This document shows, in pieces, positions 26,036 through 38,345 of a stretch of 64,000 nt of DNA. The translations under genes and the position numbers were made by a program. The stretch is from NCBI RefSeq assembly GCF_006345805.1, contig NC_043002.1, positions 56,916,001 to 56,980,000 of the forward strand, read 5' to 3'. How positions within the stretch are numbered: the first letter of the stretch is position 1; each line of letters starts with the position of its first letter. The stretch comes from Octopus sinensis (Eukaryota). The notes below the pieces were generated by a model. That model did no database searches and was not told the DNA's origin. It was given only the letters and a program-made list of their open reading frames with translations.

Positions 26036-26972
26036 ATCAATATAAATTATTGGTAACTTAGCAACAGAAATGAGAATCATGATGATATGTACATCTGTAA
26101 TTATTTCAATTTTAAACATTTTATGTCTCCAACTTATTTCAAGACACCTGTCCTCTCTTTCTTTTTCTGTGGAAAGAAACAGCAGTGGTCAGATCTTGAG
26201 AGGGCTGGATGCCAACAAGACACACGACAAGTTAAAATGGTGCCCTCACAACTCCATGAGGAGTTGAGGGCTGAAGGAAAGACGAAAGGAAAGATTGAGA
26301 ATAAAAGTGGAAAACTGGTACTTTAGTAATGAAGTCCCTTGATATATTTGTTCTGCAATTGTTAAACACTTCCTTGTCACAATCAACACAAGTAATGGTG
26401 TAAACCAATGACCAGTCCATTGGAAACTTTTTTAAATAATGCATTTGGTTACAGATTGTGATATAAAAATCTTTAAAGTCACTTTTTAAAAATATAAAGC
26501 AAAAATGGAAAAAAATTACAAAGAAAAGAAATAGTGGAGAAACTTTCCAATCCAAATGCTAGCCAAATACCACCACAAAATGTCTGAGACGGAAGACCCA
26601 AAATAATATATTGTTGTGGAGGGCTGCCTTTATAATGGACATCAATATATCATTCTACATTTAATGATCACTGCTTCAAAAACATTTCTCTGCTAATTAT
26701 TAATTCACATTTGTATTTGTAATCCTTGGTGGACTTAGTTATGTTATTAAAAGTTTAAATAATAGTGAGGGTAAGTTGGGGAATTCAGGCAGAGAAAGGA
26801 ACCATCATATATGCATTTTTAAAGATTTAGTCTGTAAACCAGGCGGGGAACAAAGCAAGGCCTTCCTAAAATTTAGTGAATTTAGAGTTGTCTAAATAAA
26901 GAGATGGAGCTTTTTGTCTTGCAGGAATATTTCTTTGTAAACATTGAAAAAAAAAAGAAAGACATATTAATA

Positions 26973-27971
26973 CAAGGGTGAATCAAAAAAAAAAAACACC
27001 CATTGTCCACAATGGTGATATTCTTGAAGAGGTTGAGAGTTTCAAATACCTTGGCGCCATCATTATAGCTACAGGTTAAGGTGTGGCTAACATTAAAACA
27101 TGAATCGATCTCGCTTGCCAAGCCTTTAACCAACTCAATGCACGACTCTAGTCAAGATCTGAGATCCAACTACCACCAAAGTACGGATCTACCAAGCACT
27201 AGTGCGAACGATTCTCCTTCATGGCAGCGAGTCATGGCCGATGAGGGTAGAAGATATTAAGCGACTAGAATCCTTTGATCACCTCTGTCTATGCTGCATC
27301 CTTCGTGTCTGATGGCATACTTTGTCTCCAACAATTTGGTGCGGCACCAGTGCAAAATCACCTCCCACCGACAAGTCATCCTAACGAGACGTCTGCATTG
27401 GCTGGGTCATGCCCACCGTCGTCAACCAGGAGAATTCATCTACGAAGCAATTGCCCCAGCTTCCCTTCAGGGTTGGCAAAAGTGATGTGGTGGACAATGA
27501 AAAACCTGGCTGATGACAGTCAAGGCTGATCTGGAACCCAACCTAGGCCCCCATATCTATGGCGTTCGCCGCTGGAATAAGGAGTGGTTGGAGATCACGC
27601 AGTTGTTAGCCTCAAATCGCCAGGCCTGGTCAGCGTTTGTAAGAGATGCAACATTGAGGATGAATGAAACCAGCTCAGCCCACCCTGGGTGAATGCTGTC
27701 TCAAGACAAGAAGAAGAGGGTGAATCAAAAAGTAATGCCATTTTGTTTAGGACAGGTATAATTACCAACACAGGAACATGTATCAAACATCAAAATGAAG
27801 CTGGTCCTCATTCGAAGGTGGAACATTGCTATTGAGAGAAACGGTGACTATGTTGAGAAGTAGGGATGTGATCCACAGAGGACCAGCTTCATTTTGATAT
27901 ATGATACATGTTCCTGTGTTGGTAATTATACCTGTCCTAAACAAAATGGCATTACTTTTTGACTCACCTTC
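26973..27971. mobile_element. Mariner-type MITE with ~90-bp TIRs, interrupted by an RTE insertion
   Basis: Left end TA|CAAGGGTGAATCAAAAA (26973) resumes at 27717. Right end TTTTTGACTCACCTTCG|TA (27971). Arms 27717-27809 and 27878-27971 are reverse complements. Confidence 0.85.
26990..27716 (+). mobile_element. 5'-truncated RTE LINE with a 15-bp target-site duplication (TSD)
   Basis: Remnant frames ILEEVESFKYLGAII.. and TKVRIYQALVRTILLHGSESWPMRVEDIKRLESFDHLCL; tail CAAGACAAGAAGAA. TSD AGGGTGAATCAAAAA at 26975-26989 and 27717-27731. Confidence 0.85.
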
Positions 27972-28199
27972 GTATATATATATATGTATATATATTCTTT
28001 CGTGTTTTGTTTCAGTTATTAGACTGCAGCCATGCTGGAGCACCACCTTTAAGAAGTTTTAGTTGAATGGATCAACCCCACGATTTATTTTCATTTTAAG
28101 CCTGATACTTATTTTATCAATCTCATTTGCCAAACCACTATGTTATAAGGACCATAACACACCAACACCAGTTGTCAAGCAGTGTGGGGACAAACATAG

Positions 28200-28231
<32 letters not shown>

Positions 28232-29580
28232 TGGACTTCTTTCAATTTACATCAAGCAAATGCACTGACAAGGCTTTGGTTGGCCCAAGGCTATTGTAGA
28301 AGATGCCCAAAGTGCCATGTAATGGAACTGAACCTGGAACCATGTTGCTAGGAAGCAAACTTCTTACCACTCACCGACACCTGCACCTATATATATATAT
28401 ATACGTGTGTGAGTGTGTGTGTATTCATTACAACACCTGTCTGTGTTTGGATTGTCTTCAGGTTGGTGTGGTGGTGATGATGATAATGACTACATATATG
28501 ATGACCTCAATAATGCAGGTGACATGAAACAAAAAAAAGCATCCAGCCATAGAGACCATGTGAAAGCAGACACCGGAGCATGCTACAGCCCTTAGGTCCA
28601 TTAAACTGTCCAACCCATGTTAGCATGGAACATAGATGTTAAATGATGATGATGATGAGGTTAGTTAAGCAAGAATTTTGTTGGATTCTTCATGGGGTAG
28701 AGTTTAACAGATGAACAAAAAGCCCTCCCCTGAATAGGATGTCAGTCTATCTAAAGCAGTGATCCTCAAGCTCTTTAATATCCAGGCCAAATCCAAAAAC
28801 TGGGTTCTTTTAGGGAGCTGAACCAAAAAAAAAACGTTAATTAAAGAAAAAATTATTATATTTAAAGAGGGAATAAAGTGGGGGGAGGGGACTGGCAGAA
28901 TTGTTAGCATTCCAGGCAAAATGCTTAGCAGCATTTCATCCATCTTTATGTTCTGAGTTCAAATCCCACTGAAGTCAACTTTGCCTTTCCTCCCTTCAGG
29001 GTTGACTAAACGAGTACCAGTTGAACACTAGGGTTGATTTAACCAACTTAGTTCCTCCCCCAAAATTGCTGGCCTTGTGCCAAAATTTGAAACCAATATT
29101 ATTTTTAGAATGGGAAGCTGGTCAAGGGCTGCTGGAAGGATGCTTGGGACCCACATGCATCTCTGGGAGGCACAGTTGAATAGCACTGATGTGAAGTCAA
29201 CATTCCTAGATGATGCAGCGCTAATTTCTGGTTGCATGGTCCAACTGAAGCTCAGAGGAATTTTTTTTTTTTTTAAATGCCTGCAGTTGATCAGAGCTGG
29301 AGTCTTAGGAGGCAGCAGTTCCACTACTGTATCTACACAGACTCTCAGACATTTCGCTTCTCTGCAGCGACATTTAGTGCCAGACTGGAATAAGAAGAAC
29401 AGAAACAACCAATGAAGATGATGATGATGATGATGGTGATGACACCCCCTCCTTCACTCCCCCTACTCCACAGAAGATTGTATCTGATTAAAGAAAATAA
29501 GAATTTTATTTTCCAAGAGTGAGATAAAAATATGAATTAGGCAACTTTGCTAAGATACACATACACACACATGTACTTGC

Positions 29581-29615
<35 letters not shown>

Positions 29616-29980
29616 CTGATATCTGATTAAATAAAGACAAAATGCACATCTAAAAATTAGGTCAGAGCTCGCTGTATTACAGATCAGACTGCAGACAATA
29701 AAAACAAAGACACTAAAACAAGACAAAAAGCGGGAAAAGCAAAAAAACAAAAAAAACAAAACAAAGTAAAATACATGATAAACAAATAACAGGAGGAAAA
29801 AATATAATAATAATAATAATGATAATAATAATATTAATAATAAAGAAACTGTTGAAGTGAAGAGATTTCATTTTGTAGCATCTGTTTTTATGTAAAATAT
29901 GAGGAAAAAATACCTGACTGTTACAAGAGAAGGGAGGGGGAGATAGATTGAGATAGAAAGAGGGATAGAGAGATGGATAG

Positions 29981-30017
<37 letters not shown>

Positions 30018-31564
30018 AAGAGAGAGGTGGCAGGGCAGAGAATGAGATAGTTGTATTATGGAAGCAAACTATGTTCTCATTCCATTACATTAGTGTCAAT
30101 CTTACAAATTGTATGTGTGTGTGTGTTTCAGCTTGTGGTGGTGTTGACTTAAGTTAACCCGGACCTAGCAGATGTATGCTGTGTGCAGAAGTCAACTAAA
30201 CAACTAGAAGCAGACGCATCTCCAGATATGACATACCTGTCTGAACAATGACCATGCTTCATGTTCATATGTGCAACCTGATCAAAGGCATGGCTGTGTG
30301 GTAAGAAGGAAACTTCCCAACCACATGATCCTGGGTTCAGTCTCACTGCGATATATTTTGGTCAAGTGTCTTTTGTTATAGCCCCAGGCTGATCAAAGCC
30401 TTGTAAATGAATTTAGTAGACAGAAACTGAAAGAAGACCACTGTGTGTGTGTGTGTGTGTATGTGTGTATGGCAATTTCTGTCTGTTACCATCTTGTTGT
30501 CTAAACCACCAAACCAATATTCACAAAACTTTGCATACATGTTATACTAACATCCAGTTCAATGATAGGCTAATTGGATTTCAATAAAAATCTATAGTGT
30601 GCCCCCAGGGGTGTTGGATGAATTATATGATAAAATGAGAAGGTTGCAAAAAGTATTAGTCTGAGGGAAAGGTAGTAACAGAGTGAGGGTAACATCAGTG
30701 AAGGCAAGAACAGCGGTGGCAATGGGATGTTAACATTACTACAGTTGTCATATACACGCCACACTGCATACTTACTTTCAAAAATACATAGATACAACAC
30801 ACACACAGTAAGAGGGAGGTGAGGAATACATAGCTTTAAGGAGAGATGGGGTAGGTGGCTTTTCTGCTGTCTCTCACGAAGAAACACACATACATACAAT
30901 GTCTACTATACACTATTTTAAACTTGTTATTACCTGTGTACACTTGTAAATGTGTGTGTGTGTGTGTGTGTCATGTGCTATAATTGTCTGTGTCTACTTT
31001 TGTAAGGTCTTCCCTGTTGCTGGCACATATTGTGAGATTTTAAAATTACATCAAAACTTCCAAATTTGGTATATTGAAATAATTTTCCACATTAAATCTG
31101 ATTTTGTTATTTTTTTTCCAGGAAAGTTGCAGAAAAATGTTACTGAGGTTTAAAGTTTAATCAATTTCACCTAATCAAAAAACAGGATTTGGAAGCTGGC
31201 ATTTTCTGCATGACAGCTGTCTATCACGAAATGAAAGCAGAAATCATTAGGAGGAGGAATTTTTTATCAAACAAACGAAAGCAAAGTATAACGACAACCA
31301 AAGTTGTAAGAACTTCTGAAGTTTTAATGAATAAAGTCATGTGAAACAATCAAATAGACATGTAAATAATTTGAAAAAGAGAAAAATCCTCAATGAAGTT
31401 TTTTTGTGGAAAATTGCACAAATCTGTCCTGATTAAGAGGCCTATCTGTCAGGGAAGGCATGCTCTGACATGGAATAAATAAAAATTTATATAAGACGTT
31501 ATATTGTAAAACTTGCCTGGCAACGACAGGCTATTCAGCTAGTGTAAATATATATATGTGTGTG

Positions 31565-31870
31565 TGTCATCATCATCATCGTTTAATGTCCGCTTTCCAT
31601 GCTGGTATAGGTTGGACAGTTTGACTGAGGACTGGTGAGCCAGAAGGCTGCACCAGGCTCAATCTAATCTAGCAAAGTTTCTTCAGTTCCTAATGCCAAC
31701 CACTCTGAGAGTGTAGTGGGTGCTTTTATGTACTACTGGCATGAGGGCCAGTCAGGTGGTTCTGGCAACAACCATTCTCAAAAGGTGTTTTTAACGTGCT
31801 ACCTGCATGGGAGCCAGTCCAGTGGCACTGGCAATGACCATGCTCGAATGTTGTTTTTCACATGCCAACG
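31565..31870 (-). mobile_element. Family A 3' end
   Basis: Tail, core and 3' UTR units. Confidence 0.7.
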
Positions 31871-32399
31871 GCACATGTGGTTGGGAAGCAAGCTACTTAT
31901 CACACAGTCACAACTGCATCTCTATATATACATACATACACGCACTCATGCCAGTTGCACTGCATGGCACCTTGGGCATGTGTCTTCTACTATAAACTTG
32001 GGCTGACCAAGCCTTGTGAGTGGATTTGGTAGACGGAAACTGAAAGAAGCCCATTATATATACAGATATGTGTATGTGTGTGTCTGAGTATATCCCTCCA
32101 CTATTGCTTTCCTTGTAAAAGTTTAATAAAAATGCACTTTGCTAAAAAGTATTTAGTAATCTCTCAGTCTAATTTGAAATTGTTTTCATATATTAAAGAC
32201 ACAGATGTGGTCTCTAGGTGCAGGCATGGCTGTGTGGTAAGAAGCTTGCTTTCCAACCACATGACTCTGGGTTCAGACCCACTGTGTGGCAACATGGGTG
32301 TCATCTGCTACAGTCCCAAGCCAATCAAAGTCTTGTGAGTGGATCTGGTTGATGGAAACTAAAAGAAGCCTCATTGTGTGAAGATGCATCTTCAATGTC

Positions 32400-32700
32400 A
32401 CGGTTTTACTTGCAATTTTGTACAGAAGCAAAAGCTGGGCCATGACAAAGTGAGAAGAGAAAGAGGTTGGTAACTGCTCAAAGAGCCATGGAAAGATGGA
32501 TGCTGGGAGTGTTTCTGAAAGAGCACATCTGGAATGAAGCAATCAGAGAAATCTGGCATGAGAGACATCATCACAGAAGATCAGATGAACTGAACATGTT
32601 GCTTGGTTCACCAACATGAGTGGAAGAGGCTTCCAAAACTGGGTTGACAAAATATGACAAGTGTTTAGAACTATGTAGATGAGGAAGGCACAAGCCACAG
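32400..32700 (+). mobile_element. RTE-like LINE C-terminal remnant
   Basis: Remnant frames SKSWAMTK.. and TAQRAMERWMLGVFLKEHIWNEAIRE. Confidence 0.65.
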
Positions 32701-32749
32701 AGTAATGGACAGCATGTTGTAACCAGTTGGTCGATCAAGGTGATATACA

Positions 32750-33210
32750 TGAGGGTGGGCTGAAAAGTTCATAGGCTGATTATGAAGGAGCGAGTCGAGA
32801 GCTGTGAAATCTTGCATGCATTAATTTTAACCCTTCTTAGTAATAGCTGCATTGTTTCTTTCCAGATAAACAGACACCTGATTGTTCAAAGAAGATTTCA
32901 AATGTAACTGGTAGTGACTTCTCTTGAAAAGGGACAAAATTTGACATCGTGATGATGTCTAGTACCTGCAGGAAAAAAGGGTTTAGCCCCTAAGAACATT
33001 CATGTTGACAAGGTTGCTACATTAAGAGATGATGTTCCAGCTTTATCAAAAAGGCCCCACCATTAATGCAAAGTACTATGCCATCATGCTGAGGCAGTTA
33101 CAAAAGGCTATCAAGAGCCAAACACCCAAGAAAAATGAGAAAAGGGGTTTTGTTTTATCAGAACAATGCTCCAGCACACAAATCCTTGGTTTCAATGGCT
33201 GCTGTGCATG
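32750..33210 (+). mobile_element. Mariner fragment (left TIR plus transposase remnant)
   Basis: GAGGGTGGGCTGAAAAGTTCATAGGCTGA is a TIR-like start. Remnant frame YQKGPTINAKYYAIMLRQLQKAIKSQTPKK..GFVLSEQCSSTQ resembles the mariner LPxGxTINxxYY..QDNAPxH region. Confidence 0.7.
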
Positions 33211-33719
33211 GCATCTAGCCATAGAATGCTACCTTAACATGTCTTGTCCAACCCATGACACCATGGAAAAGTTGATGTAAAAACAATGAAGATGATGATG
33301 ACGAAGTAATTTCTGTTTAAATTAAACTAACCCTCTGCCAACAAAAGAAACACAATTATTCTGACACACATCAATAAAGTAATTTCTGATGGTATGTTAC
33401 AGAGTCCACATTTGTAAGAGGAGATATAGTTTATTGATCCTATTGATCCTTAGTATGTGAGTGTTATTGATTTTTGTCTTAGAGCAATGATAGTCCATAT
33501 CAGGACAATTACCCCCTGCGGATAATTACCCCACAACGACAGTTACTCCCCACCCCATAGGATAATTCTCCCCAACGGCAACTACCCCCTAGGATGATTA
33601 CACCCCTCTCTAATATATTAAAAAGTTTTAAATCATCATTTGTTGTCCTTGGAGGGTAAAGGTCTAAGACTCATGACAGTCACATCAATGAAAGTCAAGA
33701 TGTAGAGACAGACCTAAGA

Positions 33720-34420
33720 TTTGTAAGATATTTAGTTTGGTGCTTTACCATTTCTGCCAAGAGTAATTAATCAAGCGCTGAGATGGAAGTTTGTTTCTAC
33801 TGCTTCAGATGTACTTTCTTGGGAAGTCACTGAATGTAGATGACCCACTGAGTTTTCTGGTCCATTGGCTGGTCATCAGTGTAGATGTTATACAGTAGTG
33901 GAACTAGCACTCTTCCTTTGGGTAAGCCGTTCTGTTGTCACCAGTGACTTTGCTTGTTCAAGACAACAGGAGGCTTCAATGAGAGTCAGCAAGGGCCAGG
34001 TCTTTTGTCAATTCCCAAATCTTTTTCAAGAGTAGAGGTCACAGTGTCATAAGCAGCTGATAGATCAATGAAGCTGGTTCCTCTTATCAGTTCTTTTTAA
34101 AGTCCATCCTTAATAAACCAAGTGAGATTCAGAAGTTGATTTGTTGTGTGGTTGGTCAGGTTGGAATTGAGTCTGTTGAGGAATGTCTGGTTCAACAGCA
34201 GGGGGGAGGGGGCTTGTTAAAGATTAAACACTCAAACAGTTTACATGAGTGGCATAGCAGAAAGCACAGACAAGACGAGTTCTTTGTATTTTCTGGATCT
34301 CTGCCTGGTTTTAGGAATGTTCACATCGTGATCCGTGTCAAGTATCACCTGCAAATTCTACCAAACAGAAGCTCAACAGATCCTTGGTTGTTAATGAGAC
34401 AGAAACTATTGATAATTCTA
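33720..34420 (-). mobile_element. Decayed non-LTR reverse transcriptase fragment (Ingi/Vingi-like)
   Basis: Minus-strand remnants LKPGRDPENTKN.., LLCHSCKLFECLIFN, SFIDLSAAYDTV and GLPKGRVLVPLLYNIYTDDQP. RT motifs are clear; the clade is tentative. Confidence 0.75.
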
Positions 34421-34569
34421 GATGTTGTTTAACCTCACCCTAGCTCTGATCTGGCTGATCTGCAATCAGAGATGTTCCAGCCATGACCTTCTCGTCTTTT
34501 TTTTCTTTTCTCAGAACTACTTTGTGCAATTGTTCTTTATTTTAATATGCTAGAAGGTTAGTGGAGCGA

Positions 34570-34985
34570 TAAGAGCATCATCCGAACGTGATCGTTGCCA
34601 GAGCAGCTAACTGGCTTCCATGCCAGTGGCATATAAAAAGCACCATTTGAGCGTGATCGTTACCAGCGCTGCCTTACTGGCACATGAAAAAACATTCGAG
34701 CAAGGTTGTTGCCAGTGCTGCTGGACTGGCTCCTGTGCAGGTGGTACATAAAATACACCATTTGAGTGTGGCTGTTGCCAATACCACCTGACTGGCCCTC
34801 GTGCCAGTGGCACGTAAAAGCACCCACTACACTCTTGGAGTGGTTGGTGTTAGGAAGAGCATTCAACTGTAGAAACTCTGCCAGATGAAGATTGGAGCCT
34901 GGTGCAGCCATCTGGTTCACCAGTCCTCAGTCAAATCGTCCAACCCATGCTAGCATGGAAAGCGGATGTTAAACGATGATGAATG
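34570..34985 (+). mobile_element. Family A 3' end with a four-unit 3' UTR array
   Basis: Reverse-complement match to 43831-44250. Confidence 0.8.
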
Positions 34986-37919
34986 ATGATTTGAAGGAGA
35001 TTTGACTGATATTTCTAGCAGTGTGAGACACTGTGTTAAGATTCATTTTTAGCTCATTGGCAATAGATAGATGGCTATATATACATAGTAACAGGGATTG
35101 ATGACAAGAAAGGCATCTGACCATCAAAAGATCTGTCTCAATAAATTCCATGCAACCCACACAAGTATGGGAAAGAGATGTGATGATGTTATCTTTATGG
35201 GGTCAAAAAACAAGCGTTCATATCATGGTCATATTTCCACCACCACCACCACCATCTAGTGAAACTCGCTATAACGTAAAACCAGGTTTATTATTATTAT
35301 CATCATCAAGTGTCAAAGTCTTTTTGTCATACATTTATGACCTCATCACTCAAATAAAGGTGGTGATACGGTCAAGTGGATAAGGTATGGTATTATCTGC
35401 TCATAGGTTGCGAGTTCAAATATGCGGCATGAATTTCATAGTGTTCTGGGTAGAATATTGTTACAGTTGGTTTATCTGTTGAAAATATGTGAAGGATCAT
35501 CTGGGTATGTTAGCTTTGATAAGGCATCACAAAGAAATGTGATTCAACCTTATCAACAGAGGAGGACAACAGGGTAGAGCTGATATGTATGTCCTTCAAT
35601 TGAAATGCTAACTTTAATTTCATAGAAGAAATATCTGTGCTGGAGCTGTATCCTATCCATGAAGAAATTTCTCTCTCATCATATGTAACACTACAGATAA
35701 CTGCCAACAAAGTAGTGATGTAACAGAGGCGTAGCAGAATGGAAATGGTGTATATTTTATTGTTTTGAAGTGTTAACCTTTAAATCCTACCATTTAGCTC
35801 TTAGAGGGCATTTTAATTATATTTTATCAAGATCCTTCACCTATTTTCTTTTCTCTTCAAGACATCCCACCACCAAACACCTTAACTATAGCTCTTCCTT
35901 CATACCACTTAATTTTCTTACTACCCAGAACCAGTTCACTTGTTATCCATCCATCATCCATTCATACTGTTCCCTACCTGCAACACTTTCATTGACCCCC
36001 CTCCTTCCACCATGTCACTATCTCCTCTTCTGTCTGCCACCACACCACATGTTGTCCCACCTCATGCACTATGCCTGCCTCTCTCTTTCCCATCTTCTCC
36101 TTCAACTTACCCAACATGTCAGCTTTCTCTCTATAGTCCTTCTTTTCTGCAGTCAGTCATCTCCTACTCCCTCCTCCCTCCCACCACACTCTTGATCTCT
36201 CTGTCCCTGCTCACTTCTCCTAATCACCACCATTTTCATTGTATTCCAGCTCCACCGCAACCACTCTCATCTTCTCTTCTAAAATACTCAACAGCAAAAA
36301 GCCTGTTGTTCCAGCTCCTTTTCTCTTACTTTTACTCCCCATCTTCAAGGATAAAACTGCCCCCTTTGGGGTTCATAGTCTTGCAAGCTGTATCGTGACC
36401 TCAACAATAGTAAAGGTGCCATGAAAAAAGCACACCCAGTATGAGCATGAAGTGGTTGGCATTAGGAAGGGCATAGAAACCATGCCAAAGCAGACAGTGG
36501 CTCATAATACAGTGCTTGGGCCCATTGTACCTTGGTCAAACCATCCAACCCATACCAGCAAAGAATATGGATGGTGAATGATGATAATGATATAGTCTAG
36601 CAGCTACAGGAATATCAGTAGCTCTTTCTTGAACTATAAAAACTACCAAATCATCTTTATTTTCTATAAAACTACTGGGCCACCTCTGTATTAGCAGCGG
36701 TGGATTGGAAGATGCTGGTCTACTCCTGTTTCAGCAATATCATACAACCAAGGCCAATGTCAGCCTTTTATCTGCTCCAATGACCTTGAAGGTTTTACAA
36801 GGTCTCTGATAGTCAGGTGCCGGCAGTAGGAAGAAGAACAATTATTGTGCTTCATGTGGGTTTAGGGGGAGGTGGTATACAGTCAACAAGCTAGGAAGAA
36901 TAACGGATGGAACTGAAGATGCAACTCAATGATTGTTATAGGCAATAGTTTTCAAGTAATAGACATACTGCCAATTCTAGAAATAAAACACATACACACA
37001 CATACATGCATACATGTACACGCATAAGGCTAGAAGTATGTTCAACAAACTCAATTGCTGCTTACATTGCAGTCGTCTTGTTTTCCCAGGTAGAGTTACG
37101 TTACAAATTCATCAAATGTTTTTGTTTCGTTTATCTTAATCATTATAGTTTATCCTAACTCTGCATTTCAAGACAGATAAAGAACTGGGTTTTTTTTTTC
37201 TTCGTTGAACACAACAAAAGCTGGCGTCTTCAATACAGAGTTGTGTGAGCATGAAGAGGAATGGAGTGATAGGCCTCTCTTATAAATAGACATTTTTAAC
37301 AGAGGAAATAGTGAGTCACTGTGCGAAAAAAAACAACCAAAAACAAAAACGTAATGATAATAAATAGTAATTTTTTTGGGTGGTGGTGGTGGTGTGTGTG
37401 TGTGTGTATGTGTGTGTGTGTGTGCAGTAGAGTTTTCATTGGTCCATCAGTGAGAATGTGTTCTATATAGAGTTTAAGGAGATAAAATTTAGAAAGGAGA
37501 TGGTTGTAATATGCCTGAAAATGGAACACTCCTATGGAAGTCTTCAAGCAAACTATCATCATCATCATCACTGACTTATGGATGCTTTTTAATTTAATCT
37601 TCTTTAAGTGTAGTTTTCAGAAAGAACCAGAAAATTCCAGCCTGAAAAATTATACATTTACACTATTTGTGGAAGAGGTGGCAAGGAGGGGGGGAGGGGA
37701 CGGACAGAGGCAAGGATATCCAGCTGCATATCTTTTTTACCTTTTACTTGTTTCAGCCACATGGCTGTGGCCATGCTGGAGCACTGTCTTGAATGATTTT
37801 GTCAAAGAAATTGACTGGTACTTATTCTATTGGTATCCTTTGCTGAAGCTACATTATAAGGACATAAACAAACACCAACCGTCAAGTGGTGATAGGAGAC
37901 AAACACAAAGACACACACA

Positions 37920-38071
37920 GGTGCAGGCATGGGTGTGTGGTAAGAAGCTTACTTTCCAACCACATGGTTCCAGGTTCAGTTCCAGACTGGCACATCGGGT
38001 GTCTTCCACTATAGCCTTGAGCCGACCAAAGTTTTGTGAGTGGATTTGGTAGATGGAAACTGAAAGAAGCT

Positions 38072-38135
<64 letters not shown>

Positions 38136-38345
38136 TATGTTTGTGTATCTGTATTTGTCTCCCCCACCATTGCTTGACAACCAATGTTGGTGTGTTTATG
38201 TCCCTGTAACTTAGCAGTTCAGCAAAAGGAACTGATAGAATAAGTACTAAGCTTATAAAGAATAAGTCCTGGGGTCAATTTCTTCAACTAAAGGTGGTGC
38301 TCCAATATGGCCGCAGTCAAATTATTGAAACAAGTAAAAGAATAA
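37920..38345 (+). mobile_element. tRNA-derived SINE (family B), complete
   Basis: Same head, microsatellite middle and tail. Confidence 0.85.

Noticed and set aside
26232-26555. 107-aa ORF with LVYTITCVDCDK, faintly like a GIY-YIG/Penelope motif
   Set aside because: Lacks the YIG motif; similarity too short to support.
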